34,115 bases of DNA from Octopus bimaculoides (taxonomy: Eukaryota), in the NCBI RefSeq assembly GCF_001194135.2, contig NC_069002.1, positions 16,653,889 to 16,688,003 on the forward strand. Reading direction: 5' to 3'. Positions 13,014 through 24,088 of the stretch are shown here, piece by piece (position 1 is the first letter of the stretch; every line of letters starts with the position of its first letter). The notes below the pieces were generated by a model that saw only the letters and a list, made by a program, of their open reading frames with translations, was not told where the DNA came from and did no database searches. Position numbers and translations under genes: made by a program.

Positions 13014-13334
13014 CAGGATTCGCTTCTTTCATTTTTGTTCGGGTCTCCTTTTTACCTTTGCCTTAGCGAAAGCGGAGATATTGTTATTTCTTACTTTCAG
13101 TTTTTCTTCAAAATATTCGTATTCTTCATTCGTTCATTTATTCATTATTTTCTCTTCGTTCGTTCGTTCGTTCGTTCGATCGATCGTTCGTTCTTTCATC
13201 ATTTTTCTTGTAATTTTATCTGCATAATCACTATTTTTTAAACTTCCATGAGGAATTTTATATGAAAATTGTCAACTTTGATTCCGTGAGCCGTATAATC
13301 AAAAATTTCCATGTTCCCGTGGAACCGTGGATAT

Positions 13335-13562
13335 GTGTGTGTGTATGTGTGAGTGTGTACGCGCGCGCGTTGTGTGTGTAAGTGCGTGTGTGTGTGTGTT
13401 TATATCCGGGAAATTAGCAGTTCGACGAATAGACAGCAATAAATACCTGATTTGAAAAATATGTACTGAGATCCTTATAATCGATTAAAATAACCTTCAG
13501 AATAATGCTTCCACATGGCCGCAATCCAATGACTAGGAGAAAGAAAAGATTAAAAGAATAAA
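13335..13562 (+). mobile_element. Old degenerate SINE A 3' half
   Basis: (GT)n then TTAGCAGTTCG...CACATGGCCGCAATCCAATGACT and an AAAAGATTAAAAGAAT tail. Confidence 0.6.
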
Positions 13563-13614
13563 GCATACACACAGCCATGTTTTATAGAAACGTGAACATA
13601 TGTGAACCGGTATG

Positions 13615-13717
13615 GATATGTGGTTCTGGGTTCAGTCCCACTGCGTGGCACCTTCGGAAGGCCGACCAAAGCCTTGTAAGTGGATCTGGTAGACGGAAAC
13701 TGAAAGAAGCCCGTTGT
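13615..13717 (+). mobile_element. SINE A 5' half with internal deletion
   Basis: GGGTTCAGTCCCACTGCGTGGCACCTT...GGCCGACCAAAGCCTTGTAAGTGGATCTGGTAGACGGAAACTGAAAGAAGCCCG. Confidence 0.85.
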
Positions 13718-14461
13718 TTCAACGAACGTCAAGCTAATACATTTCTTATGCCTGTCCACATGTTGTCCATTTTTATTCGTTTATTTGAATTGACTATACA
13801 TGTGTGTGTGTGTGTGTGTGTNNNNNNNNNNNNNNNNNNNNNNNNNNNNNNNNNNNNNNNNNNNNNNNNNNNNNNNNNNNNNNNNNNNNNNNNNNNNNNN
13901 NNNNNNNNNNNNNNNNNNNNNNNNNNNNNNNNNNNNNNNNNNNNNNNNNNNNNNNNNNNNNNNNNNNNNNNNNNNNNNNNNNNNNNNNNNNNNNNNNNNN
14001 NNNNNNNNNNNNNNNNNNNNNNNNNNNNNNNNNNNNNNNNNNNNNNNNNNNNNNNNNNNNNNNNNNNNNNNNNNNNNNNNNNNNNNNNNNNNNNNNNNNN
14101 NNNNNNNNNNNNNNNNNNNNNNNNNNNNNNNNNNNNNNNNNNNNNNNNNNNNNNNNNNNNNNNNNNNNNNNNNNNNNNNNNNNNNNNNNNNNNNNNNNNN
14201 NNNNNNNNNNNNNNNNNNNNNNNNNNNNNNNNNNNNNNNNNNNNNNNNNNNNNNNNNNNNNNNNNNNNNNNNNNNNNNNNNNNNNNNNNNNNNNNNNNNN
14301 NNNNNNNNNNNNNNNNNNNNNNNNNNNNNNNNNNNNNNNNNNNNNNNNNNNNNNNNNNNNNNNNNNNNNNNNNNNNNNNNNNNNNNNNNNNNNNNNNNNN
14401 NNNNNNNNNNNNNNNGATCCGTCGTTTCTACTTTTAGGTAACTGTCAAATGGTGGTGACGG

Positions 14462-14510
<49 letters not shown>

Positions 14511-15313
14511 GGTGGTGCTGGTGCTGGTGCTGGTAGCAGTGAATTAGTATTGTCCTTAAGAACGCGAGTTGCGAAGACCACCTCCTCTTCCTCCTATCAG
14601 AGCCCAAAGTTACATCAAAGAGCGAGGGGAAAAGCTGAAAGAGGAGGGGTCGTAGAAAAACCCATAAAAGATACATTTCATGCTAGATTCGTGCCTTATA
14701 TCGATTGATATCGACACCTCGAGGTGTCTACACATAAGAATATACACGCAGCCTCTTTATTTACCCGACACATCCAACCGCCCCCACACCCACGCCTCCT
14801 CCTTCCAATGCCAGTTCCTGTCAGTATTAAGTAAATATCTTCTCCTCCCCTCAACCTTTCTTTTTACATAGATCTAACATTTCAGTTGCTATTTAATTAA
14901 CGTAATTAGTCAATCACCCGAAAAGTCTACCTTTTAATTTAATTAGGATTTCAGTAAAAGAGAAAAAAATGGAGAAAAAAAGAGCAAAAACAAAAAAAAC
15001 CCTTTAAGATGTTTCCTTTTTTGTTTTGTTTTCTTTTTTATATTTAATTTTACTTTTTATATTTCCCTAAATTCTTCCCCTTCGTCCCTTAGATCTCCCC
15101 ATAAAATCCCTTTTGCTCTTTCTACCCTTCACTGCAAATAACGGTTAAACCGAAACTCAATCGACGATGAAAGTTTTCTCTTCTTAAATGAGACAATTAT
15201 TTATCTAACTCACGTGTGTGTGTGTGTGTGTGCATGTGTGTGTGTGTGTGTATGTGTGCGTATATTTGGATGTGAATGTGTGTGTATATTTGCTACATTA
15301 TTCCGACGAAGGA

Positions 15314-15339
15314 TGACCTGATATGACCTGACATGACCC
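15314..15339 (-). promoter_or_regulatory. Three nuclear-receptor half sites in DR4 spacing
   Basis: TGACCT-gata-TGACCT-gaca-TGACCC. Confidence 0.35.
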
Positions 15340-15399
15340 CAGAGGTCGTTCCATGTCAGTTTTTTTTTCTTTTGTATTTGTTGTTGATTAATTCAAGAT

Positions 15400-15662
15400 T
15401 GAATGGAAATTAGAGATAGCATGACGAAATAAGAGGGAGAGGGGAAGAGGAAGAGAGAAAGAGAGATAGAGAGAGAGGGGAAAGGTGGGAATTAAGGAGA
15501 GAGGGAGAAGAGAGTGATGTCTGAAAGAAAGGAAGAACCAATGAATGAAAGAAAGGATTTTTTGAAACATCTGAAGAAAGTAACATTTAATGAGATAAAA
15601 TAAAGTGGGAAAGAGAAGGAAAAGAAGAGGAAAAAGAAGAAGAAATGTAGAATGAAAGAGCT

Positions 15663-15719
<57 letters not shown>

Positions 15720-16170
15720 GGAAAAAGAAAAGAGGGAGAAGTAAATATGAGAAGAAAATATGAGAAGAAAATGGGTAAAGTATTAAAGAATAAACGAAAG
15801 AATAATGATTGAAAAGAATGAGCTGAACGATAAAGAAAAAAGAAAGAAAACTAAAGAAAGAAGGGACTGGAGAATGAATGAATGAATGAATGAATATTCG
15901 AATAGATTAAGGAATCGCAAGCAAAATAAAAAGAAAGAAGGATAGAGAGGAGAAAAGAAGGTAAAGATAGGGGGGAGCAGAAAATAGAAAGAAGGAAATG
16001 AAGAGAAACAAATACAGCGAGGAAGTAAAATGTTAAAAATGAGAAGGAAAATGAAAGTGAAAATAAGCAAGAAAGAAAAGAGTATGGAAAGAGAAAGAAA
16101 AGAAAAGACTTTAATAGTTTACAAATGAGAACGAAGAGTTAAGACGTACATTGAGACGATTAAAGAGAAA
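15400..16170 (+). repeat. Polypurine low-complexity tract including (GAAA)n at ~15666-15717
   Basis: Strong A/G strand bias. Confidence 0.9.
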
Positions 16171-16175
16171 TAAGA

Positions 16176-17300
16176 TAGAAGTTAGAGGATTAGAAGGGAG
16201 TTACAGGATTAGAAGGGAATTAGAGGATTAGAAGTAAGTTAAAGGATTAGAAGGGAGTTAGAGGATAAGAAGGGAATTAGAGGATTAGAAGGGAGTTAGA
16301 GGATAAGAAGGGAATTAGAAGATTAGCAAATTGTAAGAGGATTAGAAGGGAGTTAGAGGATTAGAAGAAAGTCAGAGGATTAGAAGGGAATTAGAGGATC
16401 AGAAGATAGTCAGAGGATTAGAAGGGAGTTAGAGGATAAGAAAGGAATTAGAGGATTAGAAGTAAGTTAGAGGATTAGAAGAAAGTCAGAGGATTAGAAG
16501 GGAATTAAAAGATTAGCAAATTGTAAGAGGATTAGAAGATTGTCAGAAGATTAGAAGGAAGTGTTAGAGGATTAGAAGATAGTAAGAGGATTAACTGGGA
16601 GTTATAGAGTTAGAAGATAATAAGATGATTAGAAGGGAGTTAAAGGATTAGAAGATTGTAAGAGGACTAGAAGAGAGGTAGACGATTAGAAGATAGTAAA
16701 AGGATTAAAAGGTAGTTCGAGGATTAGAAGATCGTAAGACGATTAAATGGGAGTTAGAAGACTAGAAGGGAGTGAAAGGATTAGAAGGGAATTAGAAGAT
16801 TAGAAGTGAGTTAGAGGATTAGAAAATAGTAAGAGAATTAGAAGAGAGTTAGAGACCAGAAGAAAGCTAGAGGATTACAAAGGCGTTAGATGATTAATAG
16901 GATTAGATGATAGTAGGAGAATTAGAAGAGAGTTAGAGATTAGAAGGAAGCAAGAGGATTAGAAGGGAGTTAGAGGATTAGAAGATAGAGGATTTGAAAG
17001 AAGTTAGAGGATTTGAAAGAAGTTAGAGGATTAGAAGAGAATCAGAAGATTGGACGGAAGTTAGAAGATTAGAAGGAAATTAGGGAATTAGAATGATTAT
17101 AAGGAATTTAGAGGATTAGAAGGGAGTTATAGGATTAGAAAGGAGGTAGAGGATTAGAGGGAAGTAGAGAATTAGAAGGGAGTTAGAGGAGAAGGAGGAA
17201 GTAGAGGATTAGAAGAATGTTTGGGGATTAGAAGAAAGAAGATTAGAAAGAATCTAGAGTATTTGAAAGGAGTTCGAGTCTTATAAGGAAGTCAGAAGAT
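16176..17300 (+). repeat. Minisatellite, 19-bp unit GAGGATTAGAAGGGAGTTA, roughly 55-60 diverged units
   Basis: Direct reading; variant GATTAGCAAATTGTAAGAGG recurs at 16321 and 16511. Confidence 0.92.
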
Positions 17301-17329
17301 CAGCTTTTTGCGTGTATTATGTATCGTCA

Positions 17330-18005
17330 CTGGCAGGTAAAAGAATAAAGCGGGATGGATATTGCATCTCCTTTGAAGGTTCCTGTTGTTATGGCTCTCG
17401 GACTGGTTTCAATAATCTTTTCCTTGTCTTCTCCTGATGTTGTTTATCATATTGACAGGGCGTAGTTGATGTACTTTGTCAGTGTTGGAGTCACAATATC
17501 TATGCGGAGTATCTCTAGTATCCAAATGTATGGGTTACTCTCAAATTCTTTTCGGTAATCAATCCAGTCAGTCTATGTTTTCTTCGTTTTACTGTCTTCT
17601 AACAGTCTAGTTCACCAGTAGCTGCTCTTTATAGCTATACATCTATTTCCAGCATCCTTTCTGTTAATTCGTTATTGCTTCCAGGTGAGTAACCAGCCTG
17701 TTGTTATTGTTGTTGCAGAGGATTGATGTGAGGGAGTTGCATGTTGTTGGCAAGTAAATTATAGGCTGGTCGTTTATTTGGGTGGTGGTGGTGGTGGCGG
17801 CGGGTAGGTAGGAAGGGTTGAGGGTCAATGGTTGCTTTTCCAGCAGCCATCTAGATGGGCTGAATATCAATTTATAATCATAGGCAATGGTGAGGTACTT
17901 CAACCAGTAACTGAGGATCCTGTCAACCTCAGGTGTCTTTTTTTTTTCCAGTTGCGCGTAGTTCTTATTGCGTTGGTGAGTTTCTTGTTAACAATAGTGG
18001 ACCAC
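17330..18005 (-). mobile_element. Old R4/Dong-clade RT fragment (domains 0-4)
   Basis: Minus-strand translation: NWK..TPEVDRILSYWLKYL, QPIIYLPTTCNSLTSIL...RLVTHLE, DWIDYRKEFESNPYIWILEILR, GTFKGDAISIPLY (decayed WIDYKKAFDSVPH and GIFQGDSLSP). Confidence 0.85.
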
Positions 18006-18032
18006 GATTGCAGTTGTTGTTGTTGTTGGTGG

Positions 18033-18075
<43 letters not shown>

Positions 18076-18212
18076 GCTACCACACCTTTTTTTCTCTCCG
18101 TAATAAATATTCCAAGGCTGCATTTCATTGTTTCAACATTACAACAGGAATTGCTTAATGTATCCTCCCGTCTGGCACCGCATCAAGGCCAGCATCATTT
18201 GATGACGACGAC

Positions 18213-18245
<33 letters not shown>

Positions 18246-18295
18246 GGTGGTGGTGGTGGTGATGATGATGATGATGATGATGATGNNNNNNNNNN

Positions 18296-18327
<32 letters not shown>

Positions 18328-18338
18328 GGTGGTGGTGG

Positions 18339-18400
<62 letters not shown>

Positions 18401-18729
18401 GGCGTTGGTGATAGCACAGATGTTCATAGATCTGGAAGTAGAGAATTTGTTAGAAGGTAGTGGTGGTGGTGTGATGGGTATTTGTTGGCATTGTGATGGC
18501 AGCGGTGTGGTGGCAGCAGCAGGGACGTGGTGTAGTGGTGTTGTAGTATTAGCGTAGTGCGGTGTGGTGACGTCAGTACGGTGGCGGTAGTGGTGGTGGG
18601 GTAGTGTGAAGGTAGTGTACGGTGATGTCGGTGCTATTGAAGCAATGTGGCGGGGAAGGTGTGGCGAGGGTGGTGGCGGCGTATTGCGGTAGAACACAAC
18701 GCATTTCTCTGCAGCGACTTCGCTGCACC

Positions 18730-18814
18730 TGATTGGCTGGGCTGACATCTTTGTAATGTTGAACATCTCCGAAACAATGTTGCTATGATTTATGGCATTA
18801 CTGCAACACAATAG
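18730..18814. promoter_or_regulatory. Candidate cis-regulatory motif cluster (CCAAT, TALE, Sox, Pbx-Hox)
   Basis: TGATTGG 18730-36, TGACA 18743-47, AACAATG 18773-79, TGATTTATGG 18786-95, CACAATAG 18807-14. Confidence 0.35.
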
Positions 18815-19303
18815 AAATAATGTGGCAGATAACATATATGTATATGTGGNNNNNNNNNNNNNNNNNNNNNNNNNNNNNNNNNNNNNNNNNNNNNNNNNNN
18901 NNNNNNNNNNNNNNNNNNNNNNNNNNNNNNNNNNNNNNNNNNNNNNNNNNNNNNNNNNNNNNNNNNNNNNNNNNNNNNNNNNNNNNNNNNNNNNNNNNNN
19001 NNNNNNNNNNNNNNNNNNNNNNNNNNNNNNNNNNNNNNNNNNNNNNNNNNNNNNNNNNNNNNNNNNNNNNNNNNNNNNNNNNNNNNNNNNNNNNNNNNNN
19101 NNNNNNNNNNNNNNNNNNNNNNNNNNNNNNNNNNNNNNNNNNNNNNNNNNNNNNNNNNNNNNNNNNNNNNNNNNNNNNNNNNNNNNNNNNNNNNNNNNNN
19201 NNNNNNNNNNNNNNNNNNNNNNNNNNNNNNNNNNNNNNNNNNNNNNNNNNNNNNNNNNNNNNNNNNNNNNNNNNNNNNNNNNNNNNNNNNNNNNNNNNNN
19301 NNN

Positions 19304-19410
19304 AGAAGAGGAAGAAGAAGAAGAGGAAGAAGAAGAAGAGGAAGAAGAAGAAGAGGAAGAAGAAGAAGAGGAAGAAGAAGAAGAGGAAGAAGAAGAAGAG
19401 GAAGAAGAAG
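19304..19410. repeat. 15-bp purine repeat (GAGGAAGAAGAAGAA)n
   Basis: Direct reading, about 7 units after the gap. Confidence 0.9.
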
Positions 19411-19489
19411 AGAAGGAGGAGGGGAGGGTAATGGTGGCGGTGGGTTGGTGGAATCGGTCTTGCAGTATTTAATCTCGGTCATTCTGTGA

Positions 19490-19585
19490 GTCTTGTGATA
19501 AAATTCTGTTGAGTTTAGCTTTATCTTTCCCTCCTACCGGGTTTAATAAAGTAAGGTACCAGTTAAATACTGCGGTCAGTCTTAC
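19490..19585 (+). mobile_element. Highly degenerate SINE B fragment
   Basis: AAATTCTGTTGAG...CTTTCCCTCCTACCGGGTTTAATAAAGTAAGGTACCAGTT. Confidence 0.4.
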
Positions 19586-20436
19586 AATACACTCTATTTC
19601 AGATTTACTGTAGATCATGGCGTATCAGTTTGCAACAAAATGGCCGGATTCTGAACATAAAATTTCAACCGATCTTTTCCCGTCTCAATATTTTTCATGA
19701 ATCTCGCGGAGTCAGATTATAAGAGGTTAACATTCATGTCATAAACTGTGAAGCGACGTAAGGGGTTACAATTCGCGGATCACTGCTTCAGAATGCTACA
19801 ATTATAATCTATCCTTTGGTGATTTTTACCAGCTGGGGTATGGGATGTGGAGTGAGGGGGAGTCTCAAGATCTCCCAAGTAGAAGTCATTGCTAGAGATT
19901 TGATATGAAGTGCGAGACCTTGTTGCGTTAATGCACACACAAACAGAATCAAACATTTGTAATAAGATTATTGAAAATATTTCATCAACTGAGATTATCC
20001 ACGAAGTTAGTAAAGAAAATTCCTTTTGAATTGTTTGAAATTTACAAAACAAAAAGGAGATAAATTCGGCCAATTGAAATATTTGGAAAATGTGGATAAG
20101 AATGGAATTGATAATTTAAGTTAGGTAATGACAGAAACAGACATATTCCAACCTTATTAGATATCATCAGTGAAACATTGAAATCGACAATACAGAAAAT
20201 AGTGACGCTGATTATTAAAATTAACTGAAGGGTAATAACTCCGGTGAACAGTCTGCATATTAAATACTGCAGAGTTTTACTTGTGTAATAAAGTGGAGAG
20301 AAAAACTTCGATTTATGAACACTGTCCGTGACAGAAACTCCTTGTAAGGATATTTGAAATTCTAAAAGCAACACGTAAGAAACGATTTTTCTTTTGTATT
20401 AAAAACGCGATCGGATGTAGAAACAGAGCGGCGATA

Positions 20437-20545
20437 GTTTTGAGTTCGAATCTTGCGAATGACGACCTTATCATCTGAGAACATTCGAAAGTTGATAAAA
20501 TAAATTATCAGTCACATACAAGGGTCAATATGATCGACTGTACTC
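20437..20545 (+). mobile_element. Degenerate SINE B fragment
   Basis: GAGTTCGAATCTTGCG B-box, then GTTGATAAAATAAATTATCAG...GGTCAATATGATCGACT. Confidence 0.5.
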
Positions 20546-20595
20546 TACTATCGAAATGTACGGCGTTGTCGCTGTGTAAGACAGCAATATGCAAA

Positions 20596-20644
<49 letters not shown>

Positions 20645-20694
20645 AGAAGAAGAAGAAGAAGAAGAAGAAGAAGAAGAAGAGGGGAGGGGAGGGG

Positions 20695-20729
<35 letters not shown>

Positions 20730-20811
20730 AGAAGGAGAAGAAGAAGAAGAAGAAGAAGAAGAAGAAATAGCAGCAAAGGGGTAAACAAGGAAATGTGTAC
20801 GTGGTCGCTTT

Positions 20812-21027
20812 GTCTGCTAGAAATAATAACCAAATCTCCGTCAAATTACTCCCGGCACTCTTAAAAACAGAAAAAAACATATTAGAAAATATAGTCTGAG
20901 ACGTATGAACAAAAAGACAGGATGGTCGTGGCAGGAAAGTCTTTCGTTATAGATGTGATCAATGAGGGCTGAACCAGGGCCAAATAACAACAATAACAGT
21001 AGCAGTAACAACAACAACAACAACAAC
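20812..21027 (+). repeat. Dispersed repeat family D with (CAA)n-like tail
   Basis: CTGCTAGAAATAATAACCAAATCTCC matches CTGCTAGAAATAGTAACCAAATCCC at ~22952; ends CAGGGCCAAATAACAACAA. Confidence 0.6.
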
Positions 21028-21146
21028 GGTAGCAGAGGAGGCGGCGGTAGATGCCTCCGCCTGCTTGGGAAACAAGGGAAAGAGAGAGAGTGAGTAAGAG
21101 AGAGAGAGAGAGAGGGAGGGAGAGAGAGAGAGAGGGAGAGAGAGAA

Positions 21147-21185
<39 letters not shown>

Positions 21186-21710
21186 AGGTGAGAGAGGGAG
21201 GAGAGAGAAATGATTTGATTATGGAATGCTGTAGAAATATAAATGTTATGACTGTTGGTTCAAAAGCGTTTTTAATTTGACAAACATGAACAGGTGAGAA
21301 GTGTATGGGGTGAGAAAGGGTTGTGAGGAGAGGAGAGAGAGAGGGGGGGAGAAGGAATAGAAGGAGAAATGAAATAAGTGGGAGGAACAGGGGTATAACA
21401 AATACGGGTATATTTAATCAGAGGTAGTACAATGGAAGAAAGTATGCAGGTACATAAAAATATATATACATGTATGCATGTATGTGTGTATGTGCGCGTG
21501 TGTGTGTGTGTGTGTGTGTGCGCGTGTGCGAGCGTGTGCTAAAACAAACAGGAGAATTAGAGCTCAATAAATGCTCTGTCTCGTGTAAGCTCGTGTATTC
21601 TCATTCCAAGTGGAGACGAGTATCAACACTTCCATGTGGCTTGAACAATTGTGAAGACCACTTCATATAAAACTATTGGGTGCCTTGTTAGCCTAAAATT
21701 ATAGTGTGTA

Positions 21711-21746
<36 letters not shown>

Positions 21747-21780
21747 CTATAGGCGCAGGTGTTTACCCCTTTGCTGCTAT

Positions 21781-22016
21781 CAAAAAACATAACAAACGGA
21801 AAATTTGACCAAACCATAATACATGGAAAATTCGCAGCTGGTTCCTCATCAAAGCCCAAGAGATCATAGTGGTTCCGCATTTTTAACATTGATACTCCTT
21901 CCTATCAACGTTAAAAGTGCGAAACCATAATGACCTCTTGGACTTTGATAAGGAATCAGCTGAGAATTTTCCATGTACTATGGTTTGGTCAAATTTTCCG
22001 TTCGTTATGTTTTTTG
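21781..22016. repeat. Foldback hairpin: 114-bp inverted arms, 8-nt spacer
   Basis: 21781-21894 vs reverse complement of 21903-22016: 102/114 identical, no indels; spacer CTCCTTCC. Confidence 0.95.
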
Positions 22017-22944
22017 TTAAATTTACCGTTTCTTGCGTTCTTTTTTTTATTTAATCCTTGAAATATTCATGTAACGCAACGCAGTCCTTTATCTGTTTAC
22101 TTATATAAATACATACGTGTGTGTGTGTGCGTGTGTGTGTGTCTGTGTGTGTGTACGGAGTAGATGAAACAAGGACAAATGATGAAGGGGAATATTCTTT
22201 ATGTTGCATGTCTCATTTCTCGTTGTTCGAAAAAAAGTTCGTTTTCTATGTTTTTGTTTTTATGTTTTCGTTTCTTATTGTGTTCAACGTTTCTTTGATG
22301 TCCTGCACCCAAAGATGCATGTATGTATACATACAGATGTAGGTATGTACGAACATGTATGGATATATGCATAAATTTATATATTATTTATATTATTATA
22401 TATACATATACATGTGTGTATATATATATGGATATAAACACACTAACACTGGTTGTGGGATTCACTTTTGGTGACGTTCAAAATCTCTTCAAAAGCAACA
22501 AATAAGGAGATAACTCTCATAAGATGAGTTAATCTAAATACTTTTTGTTTGCAAACGAAAGGAAAATAATTACAACAAAGACATGAATCGATCTCGTCAA
22601 TAAAAGCAACTAGTAACAACAGTAGACATACTTCAGTGTCATTATACCTCCTCAGCAAAGCATATACAATTCAGTTGGTGATGCTTAGACATGGTCAATA
22701 TATATAAATATATAAATAATAGAATGGAACGTAGTGATGTTAAGAGTATTAACAATATGGCTGACGGAAAATACACTCGGGAAACGTTCTACGTTACATT
22801 ACAAACACGACAGGGTCTGATACAAGTAATATAGGGAGATGAAAAACATTTGCAATAATTGAGATTATTAATGCAGTCATCAATGGACAAAAATTTCATA
22901 TAGAGATTTTAAAATTTGCCATCAATGTCTATGCAAGTGTTGTT

Positions 22945-23095
22945 ACTTGACCTGCTAGAAATAGTAACCAAATCCCACCGGTATCACTGTCTATTATCTC
23001 AAAAATAGGATTAACACATTGTAATGATGAGATGGTCGCAGTTGGAAAATCGTAGGTTTGCTTAATTCGAGTTGAGCTGGAACTAAGCAACAGCT
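22945..23095 (+). repeat. Dispersed repeat family D, shortened copy
   Basis: CTTGACCTGCTAGAAATAGTAACCAAATC...GAGATGGTCGCAGTTGGAA...GAACTAAGCAACAGC. Confidence 0.55.
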
Positions 23096-23124
23096 ACGAT
23101 CAAATGAGATTTTTTCATATTTGT

Positions 23125-23797
23125 AATCTGTTATTGCTCTCAGGCACTTGGTCGTGGCCATGCTTGAGCACAATCTTCAAACGTTTTGTCGAACATATTG
23201 TTTCCAATGTTTAATTTCTGCTGTGTTATGACAGCATAAACAAGACCGACTTAAGAAGGTAAACATACACACATACACATATCAAGGGCTTCTGCATAGT
23301 TTCTCACTCGCGAGGTATTGGTCAACTCGAGACTACACTCTTTTACTCTTTTACTTGTTTCAGTCATTTGACTGCGGCCATGCTGGAGCACCGCCTTTAG
23401 TCGAACAAATCGACCCCAGGACTTATTCTTTGTAAACCTAGTACTTATTCTATCGGTCTCTTTTGCCGACCCGCTAAGTTACGGGGACGTAAACACACCA
23501 GCATCGGTTGTCAAGCGATGGAGGGGGGACAAACACAAACACACACACATATATATATAAATATATATATACATATATACGACGGGCTTCTTTCAGTTTC
23601 CGCCTACCAAATCCACATTGGTCGGCCCGAGGCTATAGTAGAAGACACTTGCCCAAGGTGCCACGCAGTGGGACTGAACCCGGAACCATGTGGTTGGTAA
23701 GCAAGCTACTTCCCACAAGATATTTGTCTAAGATGACGTGCGATGGGATTGAACCTTGAAGCACGTGTTGTGAAGTGAACTGCTGCAGCACACGGCC
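23125..23797 (-). mobile_element. Old SINE A copy split by a younger SINE A insertion
   Basis: 3' and middle parts at ~23125-23337 (GTGGCCATGCTTGAGCAC; GGTATTGGTCAACTCGAGACTA) continue at 23717-23797 (AAGATATTTGTCTAAG...GGGATTGAACC...CACACGGCC). Confidence 0.7.
23338..23716 (-). mobile_element. Young near-full-length SINE A
   Basis: Head (B-box-like GGTTCAGTCC), CCTTGGGCAAGTGTCTT block, internal TA/CA microsatellite, (AGTAAAAG)n tail. Confidence 0.93.
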
Positions 23798-24088
23798 AGG
23801 TTCACAATTGAATCATTGCTAAAGGGAATGAGCGAAGAAAAAAGTAGGCAGAATATGTATAATAAAAGGCATGACAGATATGGGAAGTGCCCCAGCATGG
23901 CCACGCCGTCTCAGTGAAAGCAGTAAAAATTAAAAGGTGCAAAGGAAGGTTAAATAATCAAAACAAATAAGAAGAAAGAAAGAAAAAACTGAACAACGAA
24001 AAAATGGATGAAGAAAATTCAAAAACACAAAAAATTAAAGAAATAAACAAAAGCAGGGAAATAAATAAAGACAAAGACTAGGAAAAAA

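Noticed and set aside
15301-15330. CCGACGAAG as a second hammerhead core
   Set aside because: U4 is not conserved and there is no stem II or GAAA downstream
16176-17300. CRISPR array or telomeric repeat
   Set aside because: No unique spacers, eukaryotic context, and no TTAGGG or TTAGG units in tandem
18155-18835. 226-aa His/Pro/Thr-rich minus-strand ORF
   Set aside because: Built from GAT/GGT microsatellites and degenerate triplets, crosses an N run, and has no recognisable domain
19780-20374. Two hydrophobic minus-strand ORFs that could suggest a receptor fragment
   Set aside because: No family motif recognised; the hydrophobicity is explained by T-rich composition
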